DNA from: a cyanobacterium endosymbiont of Rhopalodia gibba | Lineage (GTDB): Bacteria; Cyanobacteriota; Cyanobacteriia; Cyanobacteriales; Microcystaceae | Direction of reading: 5' to 3' | Assembly (NCBI GenBank): GCA_045159875.1 | Contig: CP067995.1 | Location: 2,816,001 to 2,880,000 of the forward strand | DNA length: 64,000 bases | Shown here: piece after piece, positions 46,429 to 58,670 of the stretch | How positions within the stretch are numbered: the stretch's first letter is position 1 | Layout of the letters: every line of letters starts with the position of its first letter | The notes under the pieces: generated by a model | Seen by the model: only the letters and a program-made list of their open reading frames with translations | Told to the model about the DNA's origin: nothing | Database searches by the model: none | Position numbers and translations under genes: made by a program

Positions 46429-47127
46429 GTGATTTCCAAGCGCCACCATCGATTAAAACAAGTTCTAAAGCGACGGCCACCGAATTTGACCCTCCTGACT
46501 GAGGATGTCCATAAACCTCATAATCTATCTGTAATTATACGCACCTGCGACGCTGTAGGAATCTTTGAAGTTCATAGTGTTAATGTTACGGGAGAATTAC
46601 CCACTTTTTTTCAGGTATCTCAGGGCAGTGAGAAATAAATTTTTCTAAATATTCATCCTGAGCCAAAAACGACAATAAGTTACCTTAAAGACCAACAATT
46701 TCAGATATATGCAGCTCATTTTAGTTCCGAATCCTTAGACTATCGTCATATAGATTAGACTCAACCTAGCGCTATTATTTTGGGAGCAGAAAAATCGGGA
46801 GTGACTGAAGAAGCGGCTTAATTAGCCGACGAACATATTGTTATTCCAATGTTGGGAATGGTGCAATCTCTCAATGTATCTATGGCTACCGCAGTTATGT
46901 TATTTGAAGCGCAACGTCAACGGTTAGCAGCACAAATATATGATAATACTCGCCTAGATTCTGAGATATATAATCAAGTTTTATTTGAATGGAGTTATCC
47001 TGAAATAGCACGAGTTTGCCTCCAACAAGAAAAATCTTATCCCACTTTGGGAGAAAATGGAGAAATAAAAGAAAGCTTTTCTAAGTACTTAGACATCAAC
47101 AAACGATTCTATTTTAAAAACTATTAA
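46429..47127 (+). pseudogene. trmH: tRNA (Gm18) 2'-O-methyltransferase pseudogene
   Basis: VHKPHNLSVIIRTCDAVG, ILGAEKSG and IPMLGMVQSLNVS all in one frame, with stops at 46636 (TAA), 46756 (TAG) and 46819 (TAA). Confidence 0.92.
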
Positions 47128-47899
47128 GGAGGTAGGTAAACTGTCAACTCATACTGAGAAAGTCAAAAAGTTTTCTAAAAAAATAAGCTTAAACAAAACT
47201 TAAAAATAATGGAGACATCAGTTAGTGTAAATTTTACATTAAGTTTTCATCTGCTTGAATAAGATTTAGATTTTTATATTTAAATTTAACTTAGTCAATT
47301 TCCTTGGTTTTTTGATTTTTAATAAAAAGTCTTCCCACTTTTAAACTATTTTGTTCTGAGCCTGATTCGATAGCAATGATAGAAACTATCGCCTATTCAT
47401 GTTAGAAGATGAACGCAAATCAGCTAATTCATCTTCTTTTATTCTTTACCATCTATTTTTAACTCTTGGGAATAAGAATATAACCACCACTTTTAAAACT
47501 AATCTATTTATTTCTAATAAATTAGATATATTTATTTTTTGATAAATTTGTTGTTTTTTAAATTTCTTCTTTGTATAAGAAAGAAGTGACAGCTTGTCAG
47601 AGATTAAAGCCTAATTTATCTAGATATTTTAAACAGGTTCTTTATAGCTAACTTTATATCAAATTTAAAATCAACAAAAGTCTAAGTACTTTGTCAAGCA
47701 AAATAACACTAAAACTTGAATAAAAATAGATTTTTTATTCATAAAAAACATCACCCAAAAGAATATAAGTTTTATTTATTAAAAGTCATAAAAAACTAGA
47801 TTAAGTTTTTTACCCTCTAGAGTAAATAGCTAAATAAAAAAAAATTTTTCTATATAAAGTAGAATTTAATGATAGGGCTAATTATTTATATAATCTTAG

Positions 47900-48300
47900 A
47901 GAAGTAAAATTATCTAAATAATTAGATTAGTGCTTTAAAAGAGAGAAAATTTTTTGCTCCCTTAACTGTTGACGAGAGTCGTAATGAGGATCTATTTGAA
48001 GTTTAATTATCTAAAGATTTAATTTCTTAGTTAGAACTAGAAAATATCATTATTTTGGAGAATGGCATTAATGCCATTCTTTATAAATGAAAAACCATTA
48101 GAGAAATGCTAGAAAATACTGGATGTGAACTATAGTATCTACCACCTGAATTTTCGGATTTAAACAAAATTTAGAATTGTTAATTTTTTGTGTAAACTTA
48201 GTTCAAATAAATATTTACTAAATTTAAAATAGTTAGAGAATGTGTAGACGCCACTTTCGAAAATTATCCTAAGTTTTTTGCAGCCTACAATATTAATTTA
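47900..48300 (+). mobile_element. IS630-family transposase DDE-domain remnant
   Basis: IIILEN...LENTGCEL*YLPPEFSDLNKI, a decayed form of IILDNA..H / LPPYSPDLNKIE. Confidence 0.7.
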
Positions 48301-48559
48301 CCACCTCTTAAAAGTAATTCCAATCACTAAAATCATGTACAGTCAATCTAAGTATAAGTTTTTTGCTGTTTTTGGAAATTTTTAAGTATAAATCTTAACT
48401 TATAGGGTTATTGATTAAGGTGTTATGCCTTTCCTAAAAATCTTTGTAACGGTTTTTATTTGGATAAATTAAAATTGAAAAGTAAAAAAATATTAGTTGT
48501 ACTAAAAAATAAAACCTTACTCAAAAGATATTCTTACTGAAATTATAGTAATTAACAAT

Positions 48560-48883
48560 AAGACTAATTAATTAACACAACAACTAGCAGAATATTTTTA
48601 AGTAAATTAAAGTTTTATTATTCATATTTTTAGAGGCTATGAAGTAATGAAAAGTCTAGAATTATTCCCTTATAGGCAAAGAAAGTTTTCCTTAATTGAG
48701 ACAGAGCAGCTTATAAAAAAAAATAACAATGCTACTCTACAAGAACTAATCACTCACATACACAAAAAAATAAGTTTTACAATTGATAATCGCATCATCT
48801 ATCGTTTGATACACAAAATTTACTTAATCAGAAAAAACTTTATTTTTTATAATATCCAAACTTTTATACCTGACTTTAATTAA
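48560..48883 (+). mobile_element. IS630-type transposase HTH-region remnant
   Basis: EQLIKKNNNATLQELITHIHKKISFTIDNRIIYRLIHKIYLIRK resembles the winged-HTH of IS630 ORFA. Confidence 0.5.
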
Positions 48884-49731
48884 TCAAAATGAAGTTTATT
48901 TTTTATAAAATTGGTATTTTACCATAGCTAATAGGATACAGAAATACTCATGATATAACAATAGCTAAGGACTTATTTTATCATGGATAGTTGCCTGCCA
49001 AATATAATAATAAAATTAGATAATTAATAGAATTTATAGGAAAATAATTAGCATTTTTATTCCTTCTTTTTAATAATTTTTGCTATATAAAAAAATAAAG
49101 AATATTGAGAAATTCAAGGATTTCCTAGTTATATACACTTCAATAAAACGCTTTATTTAGTAACCTATAAAGACATGATTGGTTCGTTTGTCCACCGCGG
49201 GGAGAAGATTGATCTTCTCTTAGGCTTAACTTTCTTACTACTGCTTAATTAAATATTTTTTAATTTCTATTAAATGTAGAAATATAGAAATGCCTGTTGT
49301 TAGTGTTATTTTCGAATAGCCCGCGTACCTTTAGGAGAGTATTTAATACCGGTAGCTAGGAATATTGTTATCACCCCCAATATGAACTTAAAAATGGAAG
49401 TTACTGGAAAACTAAGACTCCTTGAAATAGATAGCAGTTAGAAATGTTCGTGTTAAGGTTAAACTGGTTTTAAAATTTAAGTAAGACAATTGGTTGTTGA
49501 GAATCTCAAAATTACTATTACCCTCCAAATTAGTTTCAAAAATCCCAAATTTTTGAGATCAAATTTTTATGATAATTATGTAGTTATTATTAAGTAGGCT
49601 GTTATTGAAATTAGAACTCAATGTTAATTATAATTAAGTCATGTGATTTCTTTAATTCTGTTTCTTATTCACGATTCTCAAATACAAAAAAATCAGATGT
49701 TTCACAAGTAGTAAATATAAAAACTACTATG

Positions 49732-51996
49732 CTAGTTAATTATAATAAAAGGTTGAGTTACATTTTTTTCTAAAACTTTACCGATAATACAGCTATCTTT
49801 AAATCCTGACTTAATAAGATTTAATAAACAATTATCAGCTTTATCTGAAGGAATTGAGGCAAGCAGTCCCCCAGAAGTTTGAGGATCAAATAGTAGGGGA
49901 AATTTATTTCTATGTTTAACTTCTTCTCGATTAAGAATATAATTACTTGCCTGTAAATTTTGAAGGTATAAAGAGCTAGTAATTCCCTGTTTTGTTGTTT
50001 GCATTGCTCCTTCCAAGAGGACAATATCTTCTAAGTCTAAACTAGCCGATATGTTAGAAGCTTTAACCATCTCTACTAAATGTCCTAGTAATCCAAATCC
50101 AGTAACATCTGTACACGCTGTAGCTTCAAATTCTAAGAAAATCTTTGCTGCTTGTTGGTTCGATAGTAACATGGATTTGACAGCATTATCAATCCATCTT
50201 CCTTTAGCTTGATAATTCATATCAGCTGCAAATAAAGTGCCCGTTCCAATTCCTTTAGTTAAAATCAGTTTATCTCCTGAATTCATCCCACTTTTCTTTA
50301 AAAGATTATCTAAAGAAATAAAGCCATTACAGGATAATCCTAATGCTAGTTCTGAGGATTCTATCGTATGACCACCAATTAAAGAAACCCGAGATTGATT
50401 TAAAATTTTAATAACTCCAGAAAGCAATTGATATAGGGTTTCTTCTAGTTTTTTTTCTAACCCATAAGGAAGGGTAACGATTGCTAAAACACTATGAGGA
50501 GTTGCGCCCATGGCGAAAATATCACTTAGACAATGATGAGCAGTAATTTGTCCAAATATAAAGGGATCGTTAATTAAACTTGGGAAAAAATCGATAGTTT
50601 GCACTAATAGATTTTGATTTTTTACAATTATTATTGCTGCATCATCAGGATTATTTAGTCCAACTAAAATATCGTTATTTTGCTTAATTTCTAAACGCTC
50701 TAAAACTTTTTCTAAAATAGAATTTCCAACTTTTGATCCACAGCCAGCACAAGGCATTAAATTATTTGTTCTTAAATTTAAACTATCAATGGTAATGAGT
50801 TGATTTTTATTCATTGAAGGAATTTTTTTAAATTGCTGCATAAATTGTCGATCAATATAATCCTTCCAATGCCATAAAATAGAAGATTCCCAGCCCAAAT
50901 AACCCCAAGAGGCTATCGCTCTTTTGTCTCCTGTTCCAATTAGACTTAAAAAATACTTTTGAGGTTGATAGGATATTAAAGGTTTTTCTAAAATAATTTT
51001 CTGTAAGTTTTTAAATAAAGGCTTTCCTTGTCGAACGGCAAAAACCCCCGCTTTGGGATAGGAAGTATCTTGAATTGTAGCAATATCGCCGGCTGCAAAA
51101 ATATTGGTATGGGAAATAGATTGTAAGTTATTGTTAACTAAGATAAATCCTCTATTATCAGTTTTTAATCCACAATCTTTTATCCAACTAGGTGCTGATG
51201 CTTGAGTTACCCAGAAAACAAAATCACAGTCAACAGCTAAACCTGTATCACAATAAACTTGATAACTATTAGAATTATTGGATGTTACTTTTATTACCCT
51301 CTCCTTGAGAAATAGTTGTATTTTTCTTTTTTCTAATACATTTTTTGATCTCTTACTAACCCAATAATTATGACTGCTTAGTAAGGTTTCTCCTCGATGA
51401 AATAGATTAATTTTTATATTAGATAAAGGCTGGTTAGATTTTTGTAAAATTCCAGTTAAACGGCTGTGTATATTTAAAGCTAATTCAACCCCTCCTGCGC
51501 CGCCACCAACAATACTTATAGAATATTGTTGGTGAGGATCATTAATAACCATTTCAATTAATGCATTCCAAACTGTTAAAAATCTGGAAATAGGTTTAGC
51601 AGTAATCGCATATTGAGAAGCGCCAGGAATATTAACCGTTTCTGGAGTACTTCCAATATCAATAGATAAGTAATCAAAGTCTACTGGAGGATAATTAGCG
51701 CAAATTACTTTGTTATTAATTAGATCTAAATTAATCGCTTTATCAAGATAAAGTTGAGCTTGAGAAAATCGAGCAAGACGACGCAGATCAATATGAGTTT
51801 CATCAAAACTGTAAAAACCAGCTATATGACCTGGTAACATTCCTGAGTAGGGGGTGTGGGAAGTATCTGTAATTAAAGTGAGTCGTACTCCAGGAATTGG
51901 ATTCATTCCCCATAATTTTAGTGTTATTGCATGGCTGTGCCCCCCCCCAATTAGTACTAAATCATGGATAATTGGACTCGGTTTTGATTGCATCAT
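49732..51996 (-). CDS. selD: Selenide, water dikinase fused to an N-terminal FAD-dependent pyridine nucleotide-disulfide oxidoreductase domain
   Basis: LVLIGGGHSH, YSGMLPG, IVGGGAGGVE, IFAAGD and PKAGVFAVRQG; then CAGCGSKV, DDAA, SDIFAMG, GGHT, TDVTGFGLLGH and DPQTSGGLL. Confidence 0.93.
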   Translation of the reverse strand: MMQSKPSPIIHDLVLIGGGHSHAITLKLWGMNPIPGVRLTLITDTSHTPYSGMLPGHIAGFYSFDETHIDLRRLARFSQAQLYLDKAINLDLINNKVICANYPPVDFDYLSIDIGSTPETVNIPGASQYAITAKPISRFLTVWNALIEMVINDPHQQYSISIVGGGAGGVELALNIHSRLTGILQKSNQPLSNIKINLFHRGETLLSSHNYWVSKRSKNVLEKRKIQLFLKERVIKVTSNNSNSYQVYCDTGLAVDCDFVFWVTQASAPSWIKDCGLKTDNRGFILVNNNLQSISHTNIFAAGDIATIQDTSYPKAGVFAVRQGKPLFKNLQKIILEKPLISYQPQKYFLSLIGTGDKRAIASWGYLGWESSILWHWKDYIDRQFMQQFKKIPSMNKNQLITIDSLNLRTNNLMPCAGCGSKVGNSILEKVLERLEIKQNNDILVGLNNPDDAAIIIVKNQNLLVQTIDFFPSLINDPFIFGQITAHHCLSDIFAMGATPHSVLAIVTLPYGLEKKLEETLYQLLSGVIKILNQSRVSLIGGHTIESSELALGLSCNGFISLDNLLKKSGMNSGDKLILTKGIGTGTLFAADMNYQAKGRWIDNAVKSMLLSNQQAAKIFLEFEATACTDVTGFGLLGHLVEMVKASNISASLDLEDIVLLEGAMQTTKQGITSSLYLQNLQASNYILNREEVKHRNKFPLLFDPQTSGGLLASIPSDKADNCLLNLIKSGFKDSCIIGKVLEKNVTQPFIIIN

Positions 51997-52110
51997 TCTG
52001 TTTTATACAAAAATAATCTACAGAAAAATTTTATTGGCTATAGTTATCTAACTTATCTTAATTTATCTCATTTTTTGTCTAAAAAACAATACCTAATATT
52101 TATTATATAC

Positions 52111-53064
52111 TAAGTATATAAGCACAAATAAGTCTAAAATAAAAACGTAGTTTAAAAGAAACAATGACTAGATACTAGCCTGTCTAAAATTTAGCTAACA
52201 TAATTAGAAGAGTAAAAACTCTCAAAGTATACTCACGACCTCAAAATTTCTTTCAGAATCAGAACAAAAACAGAAATTTTATGTTTAAATCTAAGAAAAT
52301 AAAAAATAAAAAAAATCTTAGATTGAGCAAAACCATAAGAAGAACAGTTTCTGGACAGATGATTCAAGGAGAGAACTAATTATAGTTATCTTCAAAAAGT
52401 AAAAAAAATAACTTGTAACTAAGAAAATATAAAATTTTTTAAAAAGTACTTAAAAAAAGATAAAATAACTTATGAGAGCTAATGATTATCGAGATTTTTT
52501 TTAAAAAAAAGAGAAGTATAATTTACTTACAGTAAAATCTATATATTTTGAATAAAATAGCTGAAAATAGAGATAGATGAAATTCATCATACAGAATGTA
52601 TAAAGTTATTTGACATAGTAATTATAGAAAAATGACTAAATATGATAATAACATATGAACTGAATAAAAGTTTTAATTATATTTAAAGCAGTAAGTCGCT
52701 TAAAAAATTTAGATAAAGACGTGGATAAAGTTTAAAAAATTGGTAAAAATGAAGGAATAAATAAGGTAATTATTCTTGATTCTGATTCAAGATATATAAA
52801 TAGTTTACTTAAGAAGAAACTGAAAAAATGAGAAGAAAAAATATTTCATTTATTTTTTTACCAACTTCTACTATAAGAAGTTAATTTAATAAAAGGAAAA
52901 CGGACTACATTAAAAAAAAATTAAATCAATGGAAGAATGTTTAAAGATAAATACGATTTAGCTGAGATAGTCAAATAAGATGACATGAGTTAAACTTTAA
53001 TCACTTAAATATGGAAATACAAGATTGTTTGTTTTTTTATCGTTCATCTAAAGCTACCTATTTA
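52111..53064 (+). mobile_element. Decayed IS630-family element
   Basis: N-terminal similarity to the other relics; VIILDSDS and LFFLPT...LNLI fragments; right end GCTACCTATTTA. Confidence 0.6.
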
Positions 53065-53081
53065 GGTAGCTTTAGATGAAC
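53042..53081. repeat. Perfect hairpin, 19-bp stem and 2-nt loop, centred on an IS end
   Basis: GTTCATCTAAAGCTACCTA-TT-TAGGTAGCTTTAGATGAAC. Confidence 0.95.
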
Positions 53082-53154
53082 ATTATTATACTAGTGAATT
53101 ATGTCTTACACCTAAATTATATAATTCTTAAAAAGATTTTGAAAGAATTAGTGA

Positions 53155-53613
53155 CTATAAAATAGATTTTAATTTAATTTGAATATTGATGTTTTTTCCA
53201 ACTACCAGAATAGCCGATTCACCAAATTTAGGAGGACCGCTCTTAATTATTGGATTGCTAGAAAATCCAAATTTTTCTGTAGGAATTCCTAGAAAATTAC
53301 GATTTAGTTCACCATCTTCGTTATGGTCTAAAAAAACTGCCACAGCATAGGTTTTTGGAGGTAAATTATTGAATGTTACCCGCATAGGATTATCGGTGAT
53401 TTTGACACATTCACTTTCAACTGCATATTTCTTACTGTCTGGAAAACCTCTACTGCTTGAAAATAGACTTAAACAAAGCTGTCCTCGATGTTCTCCCAAC
53501 CCAGAAATTTCAATTGTGAGCTCGCTCATTAAATTGGCATTTACAGAGCTAGAAATACCTAATATTCCCACCAAATATACTAAGCTAGCACTTATTTGAG
53601 ATCTATACTTCAT
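53155..53613 (-). CDS. DUF2141-family secreted protein
   Basis: Signal peptide; YAVAVFLDHNEDGELNRNFLGIPTEKFGFSSNP...GPPKF. Confidence 0.9.
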   Translation of the reverse strand: MKYRSQISASLVYLVGILGISSSVNANLMSELTIEISGLGEHRGQLCLSLFSSSRGFPDSKKYAVESECVKITDNPMRVTFNNLPPKTYAVAVFLDHNEDGELNRNFLGIPTEKFGFSSNPIIKSGPPKFGESAILVVGKNINIQIKLKSIL

Positions 53614-56600
53614 TAGAGTTTCCTATAAAAAAAATATTTAGTATCAATATAATCGTTATTTGTGTCCTTCCAAAGTGGTCGTTTAAGAGAGTGATTTTAT
53701 TACTAGGTTTTATCTTGACTTTAGCATCAATGCTCTCTCAGTCAACACTTCACTAAATATAATATTCTTGTCAAGATTATTAAGTTTTTATTGAATCAGA
53801 ATAATTTTTCTATTACTAGAGTTAAAAAATCTAGTCATTCATTTTTATTAACAGAGTATTATTTTCAATAATATAATTGCTTTTACTGATTTAATAAAGA
53901 TTAACTCAAAAATCTAACTTAATCTTTCAACTAATTTAATTAAAACATATAATGCGCTTTTAGTAAAATTTATAAAAGTTTGAAAAAAAATTAATAATTA
54001 AGTCAGCTAATCGCTAATCATCTTAGCATTCTTCTTAAAATTAGAGATAACCAACATTCAACTTTATTTAAAAATATATGAAAGAAAACTTTCGGGAGTC
54101 TTGCCATGTTTCGACCCCAAAAGCTTTTGTCTTTCATTCTTACTCCTCACACATATCTGTCTTGACACAAGTTTTTCCTCAAAGTTCCTATAAAAGTGAC
54201 AGTTTTTTGATTATTACTGTTTAACAGATAACGTTCATAACAGAAACCTTACTTTGACGACCACATTTAGGCATAATTAAATTTTGCCTTTTTAAGCAGA
54301 ACATAAAACTTATCAATCTGTTGATAATCGATGCTCCATTCTGATGTCATAACTGAGATCTGGCAATATAAATCTATAATTTGAAATATAATAACATCCA
54401 TGATACATGCACTAAATCAACTATAATATCGACGATTATCACAATTACAGCCTTAAAGCCTTAAAAAAGGAGAGGTCGATGCTGATCGCAATCGTTCTGC
54501 CCTAATTTAGTCACGGGAGTATAAACTTCTCTTTTATCTAATTTACCAAGCCAGCTTAATCAATATTATCCGTAAATATCTTCATGTTATTAGTCATTGA
54601 GAAGAGAACTAGTCCAGAACCAAAAGAATTCAAAAATCTTGCTGATGGTTATAATGTCTTGTACTTTGTCCACAAATTATAACCATCTCGATTCATCTGT
54701 CACCTTCAAAGCTGTTGAACGGTTACAACTCCTTAATACTAATCTTGAAATTTTACTTGCTAAAGTTAATGTTTGAATTAAAAATGGAAGAAGAGCAAAA
54801 GAATTTTAGAAGATGCTTAATTTATCCCATTTAAAACTAATATTTTTCTCATAGTGACTTTTTAACTAGCTTCTCAACAAGAAGTGCTCATAAAAAACTA
54901 TCCCAACTCTTATTTTAAAATTTGCTTAATTAGCTTATAAGACGGTAGCATAAAATATTGTGCCTTAGCTCGGTCTTATTCTAACCCAAATTAGGTTGAT
55001 TTTTAGCGTTGTAGATCTTAGCTGAGTACCTAACCTGAGAATTGTAAAGAAAAAGGTCCAGTTGATTAACTGAAAAATTTTAACATTGAACTTAACTTAA
55101 AAATTGTGGCTTTTCTAGCCTAGCTGTAACAGAATTACAATAAAGCATGAGTTCGACAAAATCAAAAAACACTGTCGTTATTCTTAATACATTCAGTTCA
55201 AATCTGACGAAGTTGACGATTTATTATCTGAAATAATAACCGCAAACGATCAAGACCACAATAATTGTTATGAAACAGTGGTAAGCAGGATTAACCTATT
55301 TTTTACTCTAAATTAAGATGAAATTTTTGGGGTAAATAGACGTAAGCAATCAGTGGACTAAAGAGTTCAGTTCTTAAGCAAGATATTCTCGGGCTCAAAA
55401 TAAGTTATCAACTAAATTCTAGATTAATTCAGAAACCAGTTAATAATTATCTATGTAGCTTCGGGGAAACTTAAAAACTTGGGGAACTTCAATGAAAGCT
55501 TGATCAAACTAATTTTCATAATTTTTACTTTAAACATTATCTTTAATGACATAAGCTCTACAGAACGACTATAGCTAATTAGATCAATAAATACCTTATT
55601 ATTCTACATTGCAAAAAAATTACAATGTAGAATAATATTTAAATATTTGATTTCCTGAATAAAAACAAATGATTAGTAATTAATTTACTTTATTGCCAAT
55701 AGATAACATTATCTTTTTTTTGCAAAAAATGCTGTCAATTGAGAAACAAAATAACAATTTTGTTTAAAAAAAACTTTTACATAAGTAATTTACATGGTAA
55801 AATACTCCGGTAAGATTAGGATTAAATCTTATATCTCTAGCACTAGACATTGAAAAAATATGCTTTTAGGCTAAAGCTGCTCCTTTCCTTTTGATACCTA
55901 AATTTTTGTCAACCTAACGTTAATCTAGATTTACTTCCTTTCCAAGAAATTACTACATTTTTTTCCAAAATATATAGATCTAAATCTTGGGCTTAACCTT
56001 TCACATGCTAATTAACAATAATTACAACTTGAGCTATTAACATAATCATTATATATCTAAAAATACGCATAAAAACGCATTTTTAATTTATTCTTAAAAC
56101 AAGAAAAGTGCAATTTTGGAGATTGCCTATCAGCACAGGCTATATCTAAAACTATTAGAACTTGTTGGAAAATTCAAATATCAACTATTTTAATAATTTT
56201 ATTATTATTTTTTGTTTGTGTTAACCACTGAGATTATTTATGATTATTGGTAGGAGGAATAATATATTTCTCTTTTAAAAAGTAAAAATTAAGATCAAAC
56301 TTAGTAAAAAATAACTAATTTTTATGTTTTATCAAGGCATAATCTTCGACTGAATCGCAAACACTTAGTGTACATCAATTACCTTATTTTACTGTTTATC
56401 TGATAAAAAGTTATATTCATACGTTGGAAGGATCATTGATTTAATATTCATTAATACCTCTGTTCGACTAGATTGATCTAGATAAACTTTTAAGCTGTGT
56501 AGGAGTCTTCTGTGGATCGTTTTTTTTGTAGAAACTAGTTATATTTTACGATTTTTAATAACTGAAATATACTAAAAAAGGAGTTTAGTATACACTGTGC

Positions 56601-56933
56601 TTGGGAGTAATTATAAGAAAAATTATCATAAATAATAAAGAAAGAGCGATCTAAATCTTTCATTTTTTATTTTCTGTATCTGCCATTCATTATAGTATGC
56701 TAATTTTTAATAGTAAAAGGATGTCAATGTAGGCAAATAGACCAAGATTAATTTCAGTGTTTCCATCACTTCACAATTAAATTAATAGTACTCTTAGGTT
56801 ATACTCCCTGTGTATGTTATGATGGGCGAGTAAATAACAAAACCTAAGTTACAAAGCCTCTAGGGGAGATTGCAGTTTTCATCAGAGTTAAAAGCTACAA
56901 CTATTACCAGGTTGAACTGAGGCATTTATTTAA

Positions 56934-57902
56934 TTGAGTCCTTGTCAAATTAGCATGGCTAACTATTCTAAGCAAGAAGTTACCATTGCCGTGGTCGGTG
57001 ATATTCACGGTCAGTGGGAAGAGGATGATAATCTCGCCTTAGAAAATTTAGGAGTTGATCTTGTCCTCTTTGTCGGGGATTTTGGGGACGAAGCAGTTTC
57101 TATTGTTCGTTTAATTGCTGACCTTACTCTCCCTAAAGCCGCGATTATGGGCAACCATGATGCTTGGTACACTGCCTCAGACTGGGGGCGCGAACAATGT
57201 CCTTATGATCGAACTAGAGAAGATTGGCTACAGGCACAACTCGATTTATTAGGGACAGCCCATGTGGGTTATGCGAAGTTAGATTTCGTGGAATTAAACC
57301 TCTCGGTGGTGGGGAGTCGTCCCTACAGTTGGGGTGGATCTCAATGGAAAAACAAAACTTTTTTACGAGATCGTTACGGTGTCACTAGTTTTGCAGAATC
57401 TACTGCTAGAATTGTCGCTGCAGCCAAACAAACAACATACAATACTGTGATTCTTTTGGGACATAATGGACCAACAGGATTGGGAGAAGAACCTGGGGCA
57501 ATCTGTGGACGTGATTGGAAACCCCTGGGTGGTGATCACGGTGACCCTGATTTTGCAGAGGCTATCACTGAAGTTCACGCTTTGGGTAAGCATATTCCCT
57601 TCGTAACCTTCGGGCATATGCACCACCGATTACGATATACAAATTCTCGACTCAGAATTCAAGTTGAACATAATTCAACAAACACAATTTATTTAAATGC
57701 TGCTAGTGTTCCCCGCTACATAAAAAAGGATAAAGTTAAATTACGCAATTTTTCATTAGTTTCTTTAAACCGAGGAGAAGTTAGAGAAATGTCTTTGGTC
57801 TGGGTTAATCCTGATGGGATAATTTTTTCTCAAGAATGTTTGTATCGTCATCAAGATGCTATTGCCCCAGGTGCAGCCTTCCTGAATACCCAACTTTCTT
57901 AA
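56934..57902 (+). CDS. Metallophosphoesterase, TIGR04168 family
   Basis: GDIH, FVGDFG, MGNHDAW, GHNGP and FGHMHH motifs; the start may be the ATG at 56955. Confidence 0.85.
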   Translation: MSPCQISMANYSKQEVTIAVVGDIHGQWEEDDNLALENLGVDLVLFVGDFGDEAVSIVRLIADLTLPKAAIMGNHDAWYTASDWGREQCPYDRTREDWLQAQLDLLGTAHVGYAKLDFVELNLSVVGSRPYSWGGSQWKNKTFLRDRYGVTSFAESTARIVAAAKQTTYNTVILLGHNGPTGLGEEPGAICGRDWKPLGGDHGDPDFAEAITEVHALGKHIPFVTFGHMHHRLRYTNSRLRIQVEHNSTNTIYLNAASVPRYIKKDKVKLRNFSLVSLNRGEVREMSLVWVNPDGIIFSQECLYRHQDAIAPGAAFLNTQLS

Positions 57903-58028
57903 CCAATCAACTAATCTTACCTATTTCTGGTACTCATGTGTGGAGCTTTTTACTGGGGATTCATAAAGTCTTATTAATCACGTGTTATTCTAAGAATTTT
58001 TGATAGAATGGAATCTGCTCGTATTATT

Positions 58029-58113
58029 GGAGAGGTGGCAGAGTGGTCGAATGCGCCCGACTTGAAATCGGGTTTGGGTAAAACCAACGTGGGTTCGAAT
58101 CCCACCCTCTCCG
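58029..58113 (+). tRNA. trnS: tRNA-Ser(UGA)
   Basis: Acceptor stem GGAGAGG/CCTCTCC plus G discriminator; anticodon arm CCCGA-CTTGAAA-TCGGG; long variable arm; GGTTCGAATCC T-arm; CCA not encoded. Confidence 0.97.
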
Positions 58114-58216
58114 TCATGAGATCAATTTTTAAGAAGTTTTTGAGCCAACACAAGGTTTTAAAGTTGAGAAGTCACTTTGAGCGATAAGAATCGACTAAAG
58201 TGGTAGACGATGGCTT

Positions 58217-58670
58217 ATGACCGTTAGAAAACTTCCTGTGTTTTCCTTTCCGGAGGTCGTTTTATTTTGTAGGTCACCCATTCCTCTCCATATCTTTGAA
58301 TTTCTCTATAGTATGATGATAAATACGGTTTTGGAGAATGATAGTTGCTTTGGAGTTTTGATGGTTAATTTTCTCAATGGCAAAATTACTAAAGTGGGTT
58401 ATTGTTCTAAAGTAATTCGATTTCAACGTTTACCTGATGATTGCATGAAAGTTCTTATCCTTGGACAGCGAAGATTTAGACTGCTCGATACCGTTCTAGA
58501 AAAATCCTATCGAGTGGGATTGGCAGAATGGGTCAACGATCAACCTTCATCTAAAGATGATAAGACCTCTAGCCGACGAAGTATAACAGTTATTTAAAAA
58601 TGTTATACGCCTCTCAGCAAAATTGACAGATCAAAAGATTGAATTGTCCAAAAAACCTATTGAGTACATA
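58217..58670 (+). pseudogene. Lon peptidase substrate-binding (LON-N) domain protein, degraded
   Basis: VRKLPVFSFPEVVLF...PLHIFE and QRLPDD..GQRRFR motifs with non-conservative changes. A frameshift near 58560 continues as LKNVIRLSAKLTDQKIEL, then truncates. Confidence 0.8.

Noticed and set aside
46429..47127. Stop-codon reassignment or selenocysteine readthrough explaining in-frame stops
   Set aside because: The stops are mixed TAA/TAG at positions expected for different amino acids. Intact genes use all three stops normally, and other relics have frameshifts.
54142..54152. yfr1 gene
   Set aside because: The motif is present, but no clear flanking terminator hairpin and no guaB/trxA context; left as a low-interest note.
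55125..55139. NtcA box (TGTAACAGAATTACA)
   Set aside because: Spacing is GTA-N7-TAC rather than N8, and no intact gene follows.
58029..58113. tRNA-Sec to partner selD
   Set aside because: The anticodon is TGA (reads UCA, Ser), not TCA, and the acceptor stem is the normal 7 bp.
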